Part shown: in pieces, positions 38,534-48,888 of the stretch | Numbering within the stretch: the first letter of the stretch is position 1 | Layout: each line of letters begins with the position of its first letter | Assembly: GCA_050331235.1 (NCBI GenBank) | Contig: JBHJHA010000094.1 | Span: 1-56,623 of the forward strand | DNA from: Leptolyngbyaceae cyanobacterium | GTDB taxonomy: Bacteria; Cyanobacteriota; Cyanobacteriia; Phormidesmidales; Phormidesmidaceae | DNA: 56,623 bases | Reading direction: 5' to 3' | The notes under the pieces: generated by a model | Told to the model about the DNA's origin: nothing | The model's input: only the letters and a program-made list of their open reading frames with translations | Database searches by the model: none | Program-made: the position numbers and the translations under genes

Positions 38534-38824
38534 TTACTGAAGACAAGTTGCGTTACGCAACCGGATAACTTGACGACGCATTTCTGGAGATGCCTGTAGT
38601 TCTTCAATCTCCTGTACGTCCACCTCAGCCTGCAGCGGTTCTAAGTAGTCATCGCTGCCATAGGAAAACGCATCCATCAGGATTTGCAGTAACTGATCGC
38701 GATCGCAGTGAGTCAAGTTTTCCTCAATCAGGCGAAACTTCAACTTGACTTCGCACTCGTAAATGCCAACGTGCGCAGTCGCCGCTTGAACAGTTGAGTT
38801 GATATTCGTGGAACAGTGATTCAT
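38534..38824 (-). CDS. Npun_R1517-family small regulator-like protein
   Basis: GIYECEVKLKFRLIEE...DAFSYGSDDYLE...ASPEMRRQVIRLRN. Confidence 0.75.
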   Translation of the reverse strand: MNHCSTNINSTVQAATAHVGIYECEVKLKFRLIEENLTHCDRDQLLQILMDAFSYGSDDYLEPLQAEVDVQEIEELQASPEMRRQVIRLRNATCLQ

Positions 38825-39540
38825 CCTGGTTATGCCGCTTTCATCGGATGGGTAATGGCCTGTAGTCGGCGGCGCTGCTGTGCCGGAGCGAGTCGTCTGA
38901 CCTCAGCATGCGCTTCCTACGCCCGTGACTCTATAGAACCAACTTTTCCTGCGAATGTAGCGATTTAGAAACCAGTTTCATCGTATTCATAAAGTCCCTT
39001 CCTACAAGCTTTAAATAAACTCCTACTTCCCTAAAAATACGGAGAGAGTTATTAAGCATATGTAGCGAAATCCCTTGCTATAAAGGCAATAGATAGAAAT
39101 GTCTTTATAAATTCAGCAGTTTGATTTCATGCCAGGAAACTTTTTTACCACTTGTTTTCTATTCTCCGCATAAGTACTGGGAAGTTCATGTCGTCTTTTG
39201 TTTCATCATCTCCGTACTCACAAGAAGATCGTTTTTGAGTTAAGTAGTGATGTGTTTTGAAATTCGATGGTTTACGTATTTATATGCTAATGGATGGCAA
39301 AAGCATCTGCTTGAGCACGGCAGTTGCCCTGGTGACGTACACGTTGAGGCTGTGAACAGGACCTCCTATTGCAGCTCATAGGTCACCCCACCCTTCGGCG
39401 CTTCCTTCAAATCGATGAACGGCATGCGTTGTTGCCAAGATGGTGGTTGACTTGCCACCGCGATCGCTCTCAAGTATGCGTACTTAGTGAATAGACAGCC
39501 AATGGAACCTTGGCCAGCGGTTCCAAGGTCAAAAGTAAGC

Positions 39541-39783
39541 TTAGAGAACGTAGGTCAGCAGAATACCTAGCAAGATCGTAGACAGCACAATAGACCAAGG
39601 GTTTTCCCAAAAACTGGACTTGCTGTCCTTCTTGTTACCGTCGCCACCGCCTGTCAGAGCTTTGTAAGTAGCCTCTAACCCTTCAAATAGTTTATCGCCT
39701 GGACTTTTGGGCTTAGGGCGCTTTTCTGGGACGAGGAGCGCAATAAAGACTCCGATCGCAAATAGTAAGGCTAATGCTTCCAT
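39541..39783 (-). CDS. Small hypothetical membrane protein
   Basis: Two hydrophobic segments flanking a Lys/Pro-rich loop; GGAG upstream. Confidence 0.55.
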   Translation of the reverse strand: MEALALLFAIGVFIALLVPEKRPKPKSPGDKLFEGLEATYKALTGGGDGNKKDSKSSFWENPWSIVLSTILLGILLTYVL

Positions 39784-40110
39784 GAGTAATCTGTGACTCC
39801 TCATCTATCGCATTCAGCTTGGCTTATCTGCTTTCCGAATGAAATATCAGAAAGTTCAGAAAACCTCAGACAAAACAGCGCCATCTCCCAAAACGGGTTT
39901 TGGTTAGAGCTTTCCAGTCACAACTGGGTTGTTCTAACTTTTGGTCTATAGATTGCACTGAGATACACACTAGGATAATGGGGCTGTCTGGTTGACTGTG
40001 CCTGTGGACAAAGCCTGGCGCTGAGGCTGAAGAACTGTGGGTCAAATCGCAAACATCACACCAACCACCAGCTGACGTCAAACGCTGAAATCTGGTAAGG
40101 GATCCTATCT

Positions 40111-40785
40111 ATGACTACATCTTTGTCAGCCCCATTGGATACATTCGCGGCAATTCAAACTCGTCGGTCGATTAAGTCATTCAAGGATGAGCCGATTCCG
40201 GCTGAGATGTTGCGGCGTTTGGTGGAGCTTACAGTGGCCGCGCCGAGTAGTTACAACTTGCAAGACTGGCGCATTGTTTTAGTTCAAGGTTCTGCCCAAA
40301 AGCAAGCACTCACTGAGGCCGCTTTTGGGCAGGAACAGGTTGCCCAGGCACCAGTTACATTTGTCTTTGCCGCAAGCTCTACTGCTTGGAAAGATGACCA
40401 GATCATGGAGCAGATTTATCAGACAGCCCTGGAACGAGGCGCTTGGCCTGAGAAAACAGTGGAATATTTCAAAACAGCGATTCCTCAATTCCAAGAAAAT
40501 TTGGGGGCTAAAACTCGTGAGTATGCAGTCAAAGACGCCATGATTGCGGCAACGCACACAGCCTTAGCGGCGGAAGCAATGGGGCTATCGTCTTGCTTTA
40601 TGAATGGCTGGCAAGAGGACGCTGTGAAAAAAGTTATTGGGGCTGGCGATCGCCCTGACATTGCGATCGCCGTGCTATTGCCCGTTGGCTTTGCGGCCGA
40701 ATCGCGGCAAAACCCCGGCCGCCTCCCACTATCAACCAATGTATTTGTCGATGGTATGGAGACCCCTTTTGGTCACGCAGAGTAG
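40111..40785 (+). CDS. Nitroreductase family protein
   Basis: RRSIKSF, APSSYNLQDWR, AAEAMGLSSCFMNG. Confidence 0.9.
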   Translation: MTTSLSAPLDTFAAIQTRRSIKSFKDEPIPAEMLRRLVELTVAAPSSYNLQDWRIVLVQGSAQKQALTEAAFGQEQVAQAPVTFVFAASSTAWKDDQIMEQIYQTALERGAWPEKTVEYFKTAIPQFQENLGAKTREYAVKDAMIAATHTALAAEAMGLSSCFMNGWQEDAVKKVIGAGDRPDIAIAVLLPVGFAAESRQNPGRLPLSTNVFVDGMETPFGHAE

Positions 40786-41032
40786 GGCGATCGCTTACCG
40801 GAGCTGATTGAGCAATTAGCCAGTGGCCGATGGTAAAACTTGAATACAAAATTTCACCACAGGTTTGTAGTCAAAGGATTTTCTAAAGACTGCCTGTGGT
40901 GACTCTGATCTAGCCGAAATTGCCAAGTTCAGCCCAAATGGATGCGCGTCAGAAATTTGTCATTCGCTATGCCATAGATTTCGTCGTCCCCCATTGGAAC
41001 AGCGAGAAGAGCACCGGTCTAGGAGATTAGAT

Positions 41033-41941
41033 ATGACAGTTATTTACGACCTTGAGCACACGACAACCTATCGATATCGTCAACCCGTCTCGTTTGGTGG
41101 CCACCGCGCCATCTTTTTGCCCAGTTCGGGCTACAGTGGTCGGATTTTACGCTATTCGCTAGACACCAATATTCCAGCCGACGTGCACTGGATGATGGAT
41201 ACATTGTCTAATAATGTGGCGCTGCTACACTTTGCTGAGCCAGCAACAGAATTGATTGTGACCTATCGCCTGCGGGGAGAGCACTTTGGCATTCGCAGCC
41301 TGGACGATTTTCCGCTGCATGAGCGGGCTCGGATAGTCCCAGTGCAGTACACGCCAGATGAATGGATTGACCTATCTAATTTTATGCGTCCCCATGCTGA
41401 AGACAACGAGGGTTGCGTAGCCGCTTGGGCTAAGGAATTTGTCGTCGGCGATCGCGACGATGCCATTGATGTCTTGGACCGCATGATGGATAAAATCTGG
41501 CACACCTTTGAGTATCAGGCCCGAGAAGCGGAAGGGACCCAAAGTCCAGGCCAAACCTTGAGCACACAGCAGGGTACCTGCCGTGACTATGCTTGGCTAA
41601 TGATCGAGGCCCTCAGACGGTTGGGCTTTGCTTGTCGTTTTGTCAGCGGCTACCTTTACGATGCAGCCCTTGATGGCGGCGCAGTCGGTATGGTGGGATC
41701 AGGCGCCACCCACGCCTGGCTGCAGGTCTATTTGCCCGGTGCGGGCTGGCGCAACTATGATCCTACGAATCGCATCACCGAGGGGTTTGAGCTGATACGT
41801 GTGGCGATCGCCCGCCACCCTAGTCAGGTCATGCCGCTGTCGGGCAGTTGGTACGGCAACGCCGACGATTATCTGGGCATGGAGGTTGCCGTCAACATTC
41901 GCAAATTGGGCACTTTGCCAGAGTTTCAAGCAGCCGGCTAG
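41033..41941 (+). CDS. Transglutaminase-like protein (Bact_transglu_N plus core)
   Basis: EHTTTYRY, GTCRDYA, RFVSGYLY, ATHAW, YDPTN; AGGAG RBS before ATG 41033. Confidence 0.9.
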   Translation: MTVIYDLEHTTTYRYRQPVSFGGHRAIFLPSSGYSGRILRYSLDTNIPADVHWMMDTLSNNVALLHFAEPATELIVTYRLRGEHFGIRSLDDFPLHERARIVPVQYTPDEWIDLSNFMRPHAEDNEGCVAAWAKEFVVGDRDDAIDVLDRMMDKIWHTFEYQAREAEGTQSPGQTLSTQQGTCRDYAWLMIEALRRLGFACRFVSGYLYDAALDGGAVGMVGSGATHAWLQVYLPGAGWRNYDPTNRITEGFELIRVAIARHPSQVMPLSGSWYGNADDYLGMEVAVNIRKLGTLPEFQAAG

Positions 41942-42035
41942 CCGCCAAAGCCCTGTACCATTTGGCTCTGGGTCAACCAGCATAGCGTGGCGAATGCTGG
42001 CTGTAGCTCCACATCTTTAAACGGTGATCGAGCCC

Positions 42036-42701
42036 TTACCAGGGCAAGACCTCGCCGTTACTGTGCCAAAACGTACCCGTATTTTCTAGCGTCAATCCAT
42101 CAATTCGAGCCAGCAAGCCTTCCACAGCTTCTTCTGGAGTGATGCCATTTTGGGTAAAGCCCGTCATGCGAGTGCTCACCAAACCAGGATGCAAAATTGC
42201 AACGGCAATCTTTTGCGATTTTAAGTCATGGGACAAAGATTTTCCTGCCATGGATACCGCTGCTTTCGACATGCGATACCCGTAAGAGCCCCCGGAGGTG
42301 TTGTCTGCGATAGAGCCCATCCGACTCGTCATAATGATCACCTTACCTCCGGAGTTAATCAGAGGAAGCAAGGCTCGGGTTAGGCGCAGGGGGCCTAGCG
42401 CATTGACCTCAAACTGCTGACGAATACTGGCAAAATCTAAATTGTCGAGGCCAACGCGCTCCAAAATACCGGCGTTATTGATCAATACGTCGAGGGTTAT
42501 CCCCGCTAGCTGCTGGACAAGCTGTGCCACAGAATCGTCATCCGTGATATCGACATCTGTCAAAATTTTTACACCGACGGCGTCCAACTCTTCTGAACTG
42601 AAGCGGCAGGCCCCGATAACCGTTTCACCGCGTTGGTGGAGTTGTCGGCAGTATTCGAGGCCGATGCCTCGGTTAGCGCCGGTAACTAGATAAGTAGCCA
42701 T
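42036..42701 (-). CDS. SDR oxidoreductase (CsgA-like)
   Basis: TGANRGIG, INNAG, SRMGS, YRMSK, HPGLVST. Confidence 0.92.
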   Translation of the reverse strand: MATYLVTGANRGIGLEYCRQLHQRGETVIGACRFSSEELDAVGVKILTDVDITDDDSVAQLVQQLAGITLDVLINNAGILERVGLDNLDFASIRQQFEVNALGPLRLTRALLPLINSGGKVIIMTSRMGSIADNTSGGSYGYRMSKAAVSMAGKSLSHDLKSQKIAVAILHPGLVSTRMTGFTQNGITPEEAVEGLLARIDGLTLENTGTFWHSNGEVLPW

Positions 42702-43091
42702 GTGATCGCTCTTTCCTTTTGCCTGGAGTCAACAGAGAAAGACTCTACGTCAACTTAAGCCGATGTAACCGCCACAGCAACTTCCTAAAGCAGGAATCTA
42801 ATCGGCCAATCAGAAGGCAAACTCACGCGTATAGATCAACAGCGATGCAGTCCCAAGCTTCATAGCCAAAGTCAGCTAGTGTCAATTCATACTTTTTCAC
42901 AAAGCAAGCATGATCATTGAATAATTCGCGCCAAGAATTCAAACAAGCGAGGAATTGTTAAAGGGGGGAGCTGAAGATAGAGCCGATAATCCAGCAATAC
43001 CATCATCGTAGTATTACGGTATTAGGGACGGGTGACGTAAAGATAACTACCACCAAAAACCGGTGTTCGTTACAGTGAGTAAGTATTCACC

Positions 43092-43790
43092 ATGAAAACT
43101 ATCGCAAATCTTTCAGCTATTATTTGTGCCGCGATCGCAGTAGGTTCCATCACTCCTAGTGCCTCAGCTGCCAATCTCGTCGTCAACGGCGGATTCGAGA
43201 ATCCCGCTGATGCAGTACCAGACAATGACTGGCGATATTTTGGCGGTCAAAACACTAGTGGAAGTAAGTATGGTGGCCCGACCGTTGAAGGCTGGGAAAA
43301 CATTAACGAAACCAGCACTATAGAAATTCGTGATGACAAAGTCGGTAAGGCTAAAGAAGGCCAGCACTTCGCCGAGGTCGATAGCCACGCTTACGACAAG
43401 AATGAGCCCGTGGGTTTCTTTCAGGACATCGTGACTGAGGTCGGCAAAAAGTATAAACTCAGCTTTTACTTTGGTCCTCGGCAGGGCTACACCAGCCAAG
43501 GGAACGATAACCAGCTAAACGTTTCCTTTGGCAGCATTGATGAAATGCTTGACGCAGGGGTTAGTGGTGTAGACGATGCCTGGCAACTCTTTGAAGGTTA
43601 CATAACCGCAACCGATACCAAGACTCGCTTACAGTTTGATTTACAAGGGATTCCCAATACTCTAGGGGCCAACCTAGATGACATTCACGTAACGGCTGTA
43701 CCTGAACCCTTGTCAGTGTTAGGTTTAGCTGCTATCGGCTTGCTGGGCACTGCGGGGGCAGTGCATAAGCGGACTGCAACCCGCGGTTAA
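43092..43790 (+). CDS. PEP-CTERM surface protein with DUF642-like carbohydrate-binding fold
   Basis: Signal peptide, ANLVVNGGFE, LDDIHV, C-terminal VPEP + TM + basic tail. Confidence 0.88.
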   Translation: MKTIANLSAIICAAIAVGSITPSASAANLVVNGGFENPADAVPDNDWRYFGGQNTSGSKYGGPTVEGWENINETSTIEIRDDKVGKAKEGQHFAEVDSHAYDKNEPVGFFQDIVTEVGKKYKLSFYFGPRQGYTSQGNDNQLNVSFGSIDEMLDAGVSGVDDAWQLFEGYITATDTKTRLQFDLQGIPNTLGANLDDIHVTAVPEPLSVLGLAAIGLLGTAGAVHKRTATRG

Positions 43791-43838
43791 TAGAGTTAAG
43801 CACATCTCGATCCCTGGCATCGGGTTCTGCACACTCAG

Positions 43839-43874
43839 AAGTGGGATGGTGAAAAATCACCACCCCGCTTTTTT
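43839..43874 (+). terminator. Intrinsic terminator
   Basis: AAGTGGGATGGTGA-AAAA-TCACCACCCCGCTTTTTT hairpin plus U-tract between convergent genes. Confidence 0.7.
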
Positions 43875-43944
43875 GGATGGCTGAGTAACGCAGGCAACTG
43901 TGCAATTCCTGAGCAGCAGTCGATCAAAGCGACTATCTTCAACT

Positions 43945-45615
43945 CTAAATTGCGACATTCTCTAAAGGCGACAGCAGATCGTTCTGCTCAACCCAGACGG
44001 AAACCGAGCCCCCGTTGCAGCGAAACTCAGCCCAACCATGCTCGTTGGTGTAAATCGGCGTTTGAATATGGCCAGTGATGTCGTAAAACGCCTTGTGAGG
44101 CTTACCAACTTCCATCCATTTGCTGCCAGCGGGACCATCGCTCAAAATTACCGCCATTGCATAGGGATGATGCTCACTGCCCAATCGCGTCCAGCCAATG
44201 GTGTTGAAGTGATCGATGTAGTCGTACTGCGGACCGTAGGCAAAGTTGCCCCGGGCAAAAAGTAGGCGATTGATAATCCACTGGTGTGAATCCATCCAGA
44301 TTTCGTACTCGTTACCATCAGGAGCCCTATCTACATAGTGTGCACCGTAGTAGTCCGCATAAAAGACGCAGGGATACCCCTGCTCCCGCAACAAAATAAT
44401 GGCGTAAGCCAATGGCTTAAACCAGCTTTCTACAATCGATTCTAAGGCTTGTAGGGGCTGCGTATCGTGATTTTCCACAAGTGTCACGGCAAACAGCGGC
44501 AGATCCTTCATCAGGGTGCCGTCAAAAATTTTGCGCATATCGTAATGGCCGCCGGCTTTGCTGGCTTTGTGAAAATTATGGTGCAGCGGCGCATCAAACA
44601 AATTGAGACGCCCGCCCGCGTTGCCGATGTACCAACTCAGGGTGCCAAAGTTGTAGGTCCAATATTCTCCGACGCAAAAAAGATCTCGGCCTGTATGAGC
44701 CTCTAAGTGATCTAGCCACTCATTGAAAAAGTCGCCATTGATATGCTTGATCGCATCTAACCGAAAGCCGTCAGCCCCGATCGCATCGAGCATCCATTCG
44801 CCCCAATATTTCAGCTCACCCTTGACTTCGGGGTGATTCATATCCAGGTCACTACCCATGAGGTAGTCGTAGTTGCCCACTTCCAGATCCACTTTCGTTT
44901 CGAAGCTCTTATCAGCCATCTTCCAAACCGCATTGAACTCCGGCTCATAGCTGTTGTAATCCACAGCGTCGAAATGGTACCAGTGCCACTTCATGCTGGA
45001 ATATTGATCGCCGCGGCCACCGCTGCCATTGGTGCCACGAAAGTCGAATCCTGTCCAAGCTTTAATTTTGCGCGGTCCGCCCAAAGGTTGGTGACGATTC
45101 CGGGGATCGTAGGGAATCGCGTCGAATTCTTCTTCAAAGTCCGCCGCCATCTTGTGGTTGAAGACGACATCCGCATAAATTTGAATACCGTTTTGCCGAC
45201 AGGTCTGGACCGCATCGACGTACTCCTCTTTGGTGCCATACTTTGTGCGAATAGTGCCCCGCTGGTCAAACTCCCCCAAATCGAACATGTCGTAAACGCC
45301 GTAGCCAACGTCGTAACTCCCCCCAATACCCTTGTAAGCAGGGGGTAACCAGAGCGCGGTAAATCCAGCTTCAGCGAGGGCGATCGCATCCTGCTTGAGC
45401 TTTTGCCAGTGGGTACCGTCGGCGGGAATGTACCAGTGAAACCACTGCATCATGGTGCCGTTAAATTCAGCCGGGGCCTTCTTTTGAGCGATCACGCTGG
45501 CATTGTGTTCCACCCAAGTTTTTAGGGTGCTTTGAGCCGTCAGCAGGGTGTCGTCAGTGAGTTCGTGGCTGAGCGATCGAAAGTTATCTTTTAATTGCTG
45601 AAATGGCGTTGACAT
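43945..45615 (-). CDS. GH13 alpha-amylase (liquefying/AmyA type)
   Basis: NGTMMQWFHW, DVGYGVYD, DVVFNH, DGFRLDAIKH, GEYW, VENHDTQP. Confidence 0.93.
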   Translation of the reverse strand: MSTPFQQLKDNFRSLSHELTDDTLLTAQSTLKTWVEHNASVIAQKKAPAEFNGTMMQWFHWYIPADGTHWQKLKQDAIALAEAGFTALWLPPAYKGIGGSYDVGYGVYDMFDLGEFDQRGTIRTKYGTKEEYVDAVQTCRQNGIQIYADVVFNHKMAADFEEEFDAIPYDPRNRHQPLGGPRKIKAWTGFDFRGTNGSGGRGDQYSSMKWHWYHFDAVDYNSYEPEFNAVWKMADKSFETKVDLEVGNYDYLMGSDLDMNHPEVKGELKYWGEWMLDAIGADGFRLDAIKHINGDFFNEWLDHLEAHTGRDLFCVGEYWTYNFGTLSWYIGNAGGRLNLFDAPLHHNFHKASKAGGHYDMRKIFDGTLMKDLPLFAVTLVENHDTQPLQALESIVESWFKPLAYAIILLREQGYPCVFYADYYGAHYVDRAPDGNEYEIWMDSHQWIINRLLFARGNFAYGPQYDYIDHFNTIGWTRLGSEHHPYAMAVILSDGPAGSKWMEVGKPHKAFYDITGHIQTPIYTNEHGWAEFRCNGGSVSVWVEQNDLLSPLENVAI

Positions 45616-45737
45616 AGTAATCGCAGAATGAAGGAATCAATCACGGAGGTATCGCGATCGTCTTCACACCACAGTCGGGGCGGCAGTCAGATTCGCGAAC
45701 TAGCCTAAAGTACCGAAGCCAGGTTAAGGATGAAGCA

Positions 45738-45761
45738 TTCGACAGCACTTTCGACAGCACT
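45738..45761. repeat. 12-bp tandem duplication
   Basis: TTCGACAGCACT x2 in the amylase/ctaA divergent region. Confidence 0.8.
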
Positions 45762-46130
45762 TTTGCTCTAGCGGTTGAACTCTGCGGAGCCACCCGGCTA
45801 TTGCCCGCCATCCAGGCATGGCGGTTGGCTCTCCGCCGAAGATCTGCGCGTTCCGCAGTTTAGTTGGCGCCTTCTATCCTGGTCATCCGCTATTCGTCCT
45901 CTGCTAGCATCCAGAGTCAGATATAAGAAACTTCACAATTTTTATTGAATAAAGCAATAAATTCCGAAGAAAACCCTAAAGCTTCAAAGGAATTAAAAAT
46001 ACTCTTCCTAAAGTGAGAGCAATCCACCCAGGTATGGGTTGCAAATCTTTAGTTTCTGCCCCGGCTTTTCGAACCCTTCGACAGCCTTCTATATCTGGAT
46101 CAGGGATTCTGGATTGTACTTTAATCACAC

Positions 46131-47108
46131 ATGTCAGCCAATATTCCCTTTGATATTTCTCCCCGCTTGGGTCGTCAGCATTCTCGTCAAGGAGCCCCCG
46201 CTGCCCCGATCAGAATTCGTCGGTTGGTCTGGAAGCTGGCGATCGCAACCTTAGCCTTAATGGCCGTTGGGAGCGCCACCCGAGTCATGAATGCTGGCCT
46301 CGCCTGCCCTGACTGGCCCTTGTGCTATGGGCAATTGGTGCCTCGTCAGCAGATGAATCTACAAGTTTTCTTAGAGTGGTTTCACCGGTTAGACGCTTCA
46401 CTCATTGGCCTCATGTCGATTTGGCTTGCAGTGCAAGCTTGGTGGTGTCGTCGTGATGTGCCCCACTGGCTGCCGTGGGCTGCTTTGGGTGCCGTTTTGC
46501 TCATTGTGGTACAGGGTGCCTTGGGCGGGCTCACGGTGACTGAGCTGTTAAGGTTTGACATTGTGACTGCTCACCTGGGGACTGCTCTGGCGTTTTTACT
46601 GACGCTGTTAGTCATCGGGCTATGTTTGACGCCTTATCAAGGCTTGGGCACTGCAGGCAAGCTCTCCAAAATTGGCCCGGTAGCGACCGGGCTAGTCTAC
46701 GGTCAATGTCTGTTGGGGGCGTTGGTGGGTTCCCGTTGGGCTGCTCACCAATGTTTAGGCGGTTCGCAGCTCTGTCAAGTGATGAATAGTCATTTGCTGG
46801 GTGTCGTGCCTCCAACCATTGCCATTTTGACCTTGCTACTGGTCTCTTGGCGGACTCCAGCACTGCATCCTTGGCTGAGACGATTGACTACTCTAATTGG
46901 CACCTTACTTGCCGTGCAAATTGTATTGGGCATTGCGACTTTGCAAATGCATCTGCAGGTTGAGCCGCTCACTGTCACCCATCACACGGTTGGTGCCGCT
47001 CTGACTGCCGCCCTGATGGCTTTTACAGTGCTCGCATTTCGCGATCGCGCCGCTGCCCGTCTTCCTTTAGTAACGTCCTCTTCTATCGCGCATGAGCCCG
47101 TTTCATAG
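46131..47108 (+). CDS. ctaA: Heme A synthase (CtaA/COX15)
   Basis: AGLACPDWPLC, EWFHRL, QGALGGLTV, VTAHL, TVTHH. Confidence 0.93.
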   Translation: MSANIPFDISPRLGRQHSRQGAPAAPIRIRRLVWKLAIATLALMAVGSATRVMNAGLACPDWPLCYGQLVPRQQMNLQVFLEWFHRLDASLIGLMSIWLAVQAWWCRRDVPHWLPWAALGAVLLIVVQGALGGLTVTELLRFDIVTAHLGTALAFLLTLLVIGLCLTPYQGLGTAGKLSKIGPVATGLVYGQCLLGALVGSRWAAHQCLGGSQLCQVMNSHLLGVVPPTIAILTLLLVSWRTPALHPWLRRLTTLIGTLLAVQIVLGIATLQMHLQVEPLTVTHHTVGAALTAALMAFTVLAFRDRAAARLPLVTSSSIAHEPVS

Positions 47109-47156
47109 GCTGGTGCAAGCCCTTTCAACGCTTTCTCATTAAGGATTTTCCTACAT

Positions 47157-48143
47157 ATGCAGACTTCTCCCACTTGGCAGAGTCAACCTCGTCAGCACGG
47201 CAGCTTTTGGCAAGTTTGCCGAAGCTACTGGCAGCTCACAAAGCCGCGAATCATTCCGCTGCTCTTAATCGAGACCGCTGCCAGTATGTTGGTAGCGGCC
47301 CAAGGCACAGTTAATCCGTTGCTGCTAATTGTGACCCTCTTTACCGGTGGATTGGCAACGGCCTCGGCTCAGTCCATTAATTGTATTTACGACTGCGACA
47401 TTGATTACGATATGGAGCGGACGCGCCATCGACCGCTCCCCTCGGGTCGCATACAGCTCCGTGATGCTTTGATTTTCGCGATTTCATTAGCGGTGATCGC
47501 CTTTGTGCTGCAGGCCGTTGTTGCCAATGTCCTAAGTGCCGTTTTAGAAATGGTCGGTTTAGCCGTTTATGTTGGCGTCTACACCCATTGGCTCAAGCGG
47601 TCTTCGACACAGAATATCGTGATTGGTGGGGCCGCTGGCGCGATTCCTCCCCTAGTAGGTTGGGCCGCCGTTACCGGCGAACTGAGTTGGGCGGCTTGGG
47701 TATTTTTTGCGATCGTCTTTATTTGGACCCCCCCTCATTTTTGGGCTTTGGCTTTAGTGATTCAAGATGACTATGCCAAAGTGGGGGTGCCGATGTTGCC
47801 TGTCATCGCTGGCGATGAGGCAACCGCCAAGCAAATCTGGGCGTATACCCTGGTATTGGTTCCCCTGACCCTGTTGATGACAGTACCGCTGGCCGCCACG
47901 GGCTGGGTATATGCGGCAATCGCGGCTTATTTAGGCTGGATTTTCATCCGAAAAGCCTGGACGCTACTCCAGTCACCGAGCGATCGCGATATCGCTAAAT
48001 CTTTGTTTAAGTATTCCATCTTGTACATGATGGCCCTCTCTGCGGCCATGGTGATTGACAGCTTGCCGGTAACCCAGACAGCGATCGCGGTTCTGGGTCA
48101 TCAAGCCACCGATCTCACCCAAAGTCTTGCTAGTCTTTTCTAG
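47157..48143 (+). CDS. ctaB: Heme O synthase (protoheme IX farnesyltransferase)
   Basis: [62 protein letters not shown]. Confidence 0.95.
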   Translation: MQTSPTWQSQPRQHGSFWQVCRSYWQLTKPRIIPLLLIETAASMLVAAQGTVNPLLLIVTLFTGGLATASAQSINCIYDCDIDYDMERTRHRPLPSGRIQLRDALIFAISLAVIAFVLQAVVANVLSAVLEMVGLAVYVGVYTHWLKRSSTQNIVIGGAAGAIPPLVGWAAVTGELSWAAWVFFAIVFIWTPPHFWALALVIQDDYAKVGVPMLPVIAGDEATAKQIWAYTLVLVPLTLLMTVPLAATGWVYAAIAAYLGWIFIRKAWTLLQSPSDRDIAKSLFKYSILYMMALSAAMVIDSLPVTQTAIAVLGHQATDLTQSLASLF

Positions 48144-48353
48144 ACAGAGGCACCTGTCAGCTCTCTTGACCAGCAGCATCAAGGTACAGCGCCATCTCGC
48201 AAGAATGCTCAGTTGAACTGGCAGGTGAGCATTCTACAATCACAGCAATATCTGTTGTTAGGAGAATGCTCTACCGATCCAAAAAGCGGTAGAGCATTCT
48301 TAATTTTGTTTTTTATACGATTTCTGCGAATCACGACTATGCATAGATTCTTC

Positions 48354-48395
48354 AAAGCCCCTTTTTTCAAGGGGGCAGCGACAACGGGGGATTTT
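48354..48395. repeat. Degenerate cyanobacterial REP/SDR-like hairpin
   Basis: GCCCCTTTTTTCAAGGGGGC followed by GGGGGAT, resembling the common CCCCCTT..AAGGGGG..GGGGGAT dispersed repeat. Confidence 0.45.
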
Positions 48396-48399
48396 CAAA

Positions 48400-48435
48400 T
48401 CTGTAGCGCTATTACTCTGTAGGGCTATTACAGAG
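48400..48435. repeat. 16-bp tandem repeat with palindromic units
   Basis: TCTGTAGCGCTATTAC TCTGTAGGGCTATTAC; CTCTGTA-N7-TACAGAG palindrome. Confidence 0.7.
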
Positions 48436-48504
48436 AGTTGGTATTAACCGGGACATCTAGCAGCAGGGGCGAGATCGCCTGCCAGATTGCATTTTGTAAA
48501 AACG

Positions 48505-48518
48505 GTAGCGATCGCTAC
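48505..48518. promoter_or_regulatory. NtcA-like box whose spacer is HIP1
   Basis: GTA-GCGATCGC-TAC perfect palindrome upstream of a small ORF and formamidase. Confidence 0.45.
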
Positions 48519-48631
48519 TATTTTCCGGTCATCCTAATAGAGTCCCTCCCGTATCATCGTCACTCACACGCATCGACTGGCGATGGATAGATTCGGAACA
48601 ACTTCGTCGATATCAGCCAAAGGAAGTCTGC

Positions 48632-48772
48632 ATGAAATACAACAATCACGAGCAAAAACGATTGCAGCAGCAAAAAATTGCAGAACTGCGTCATCAACTT
48701 CGATACACCAACGATTATCGCGAACGAGATTACATCATCACGCAAATTGATGCCGTCCGTCGCTACAGTTAA
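48632..48772 (+). CDS. Putative 46-aa small protein
   Basis: MKYNNHEQKRLQQQKIAELRHQLRYTNDYRERDYIITQIDAVRRYS; AAGGAAG upstream; helical-hairpin-like composition. Confidence 0.5.
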   Translation: MKYNNHEQKRLQQQKIAELRHQLRYTNDYRERDYIITQIDAVRRYS

Positions 48773-48888
48773 ATCGCCCTGCTAGATCGGAGCCGGGAAA
48801 GGGGCAAAAGTTGCAGCGATCGCCACAAAACTGATACCCCACCGATGGCACATTAGCAATATTCCTAATACTTGCTTAAGAGGTGGCC

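Noticed and set aside
38309..38599. 96-aa ORF
   Set aside because: Antisense to tRNA-Glu
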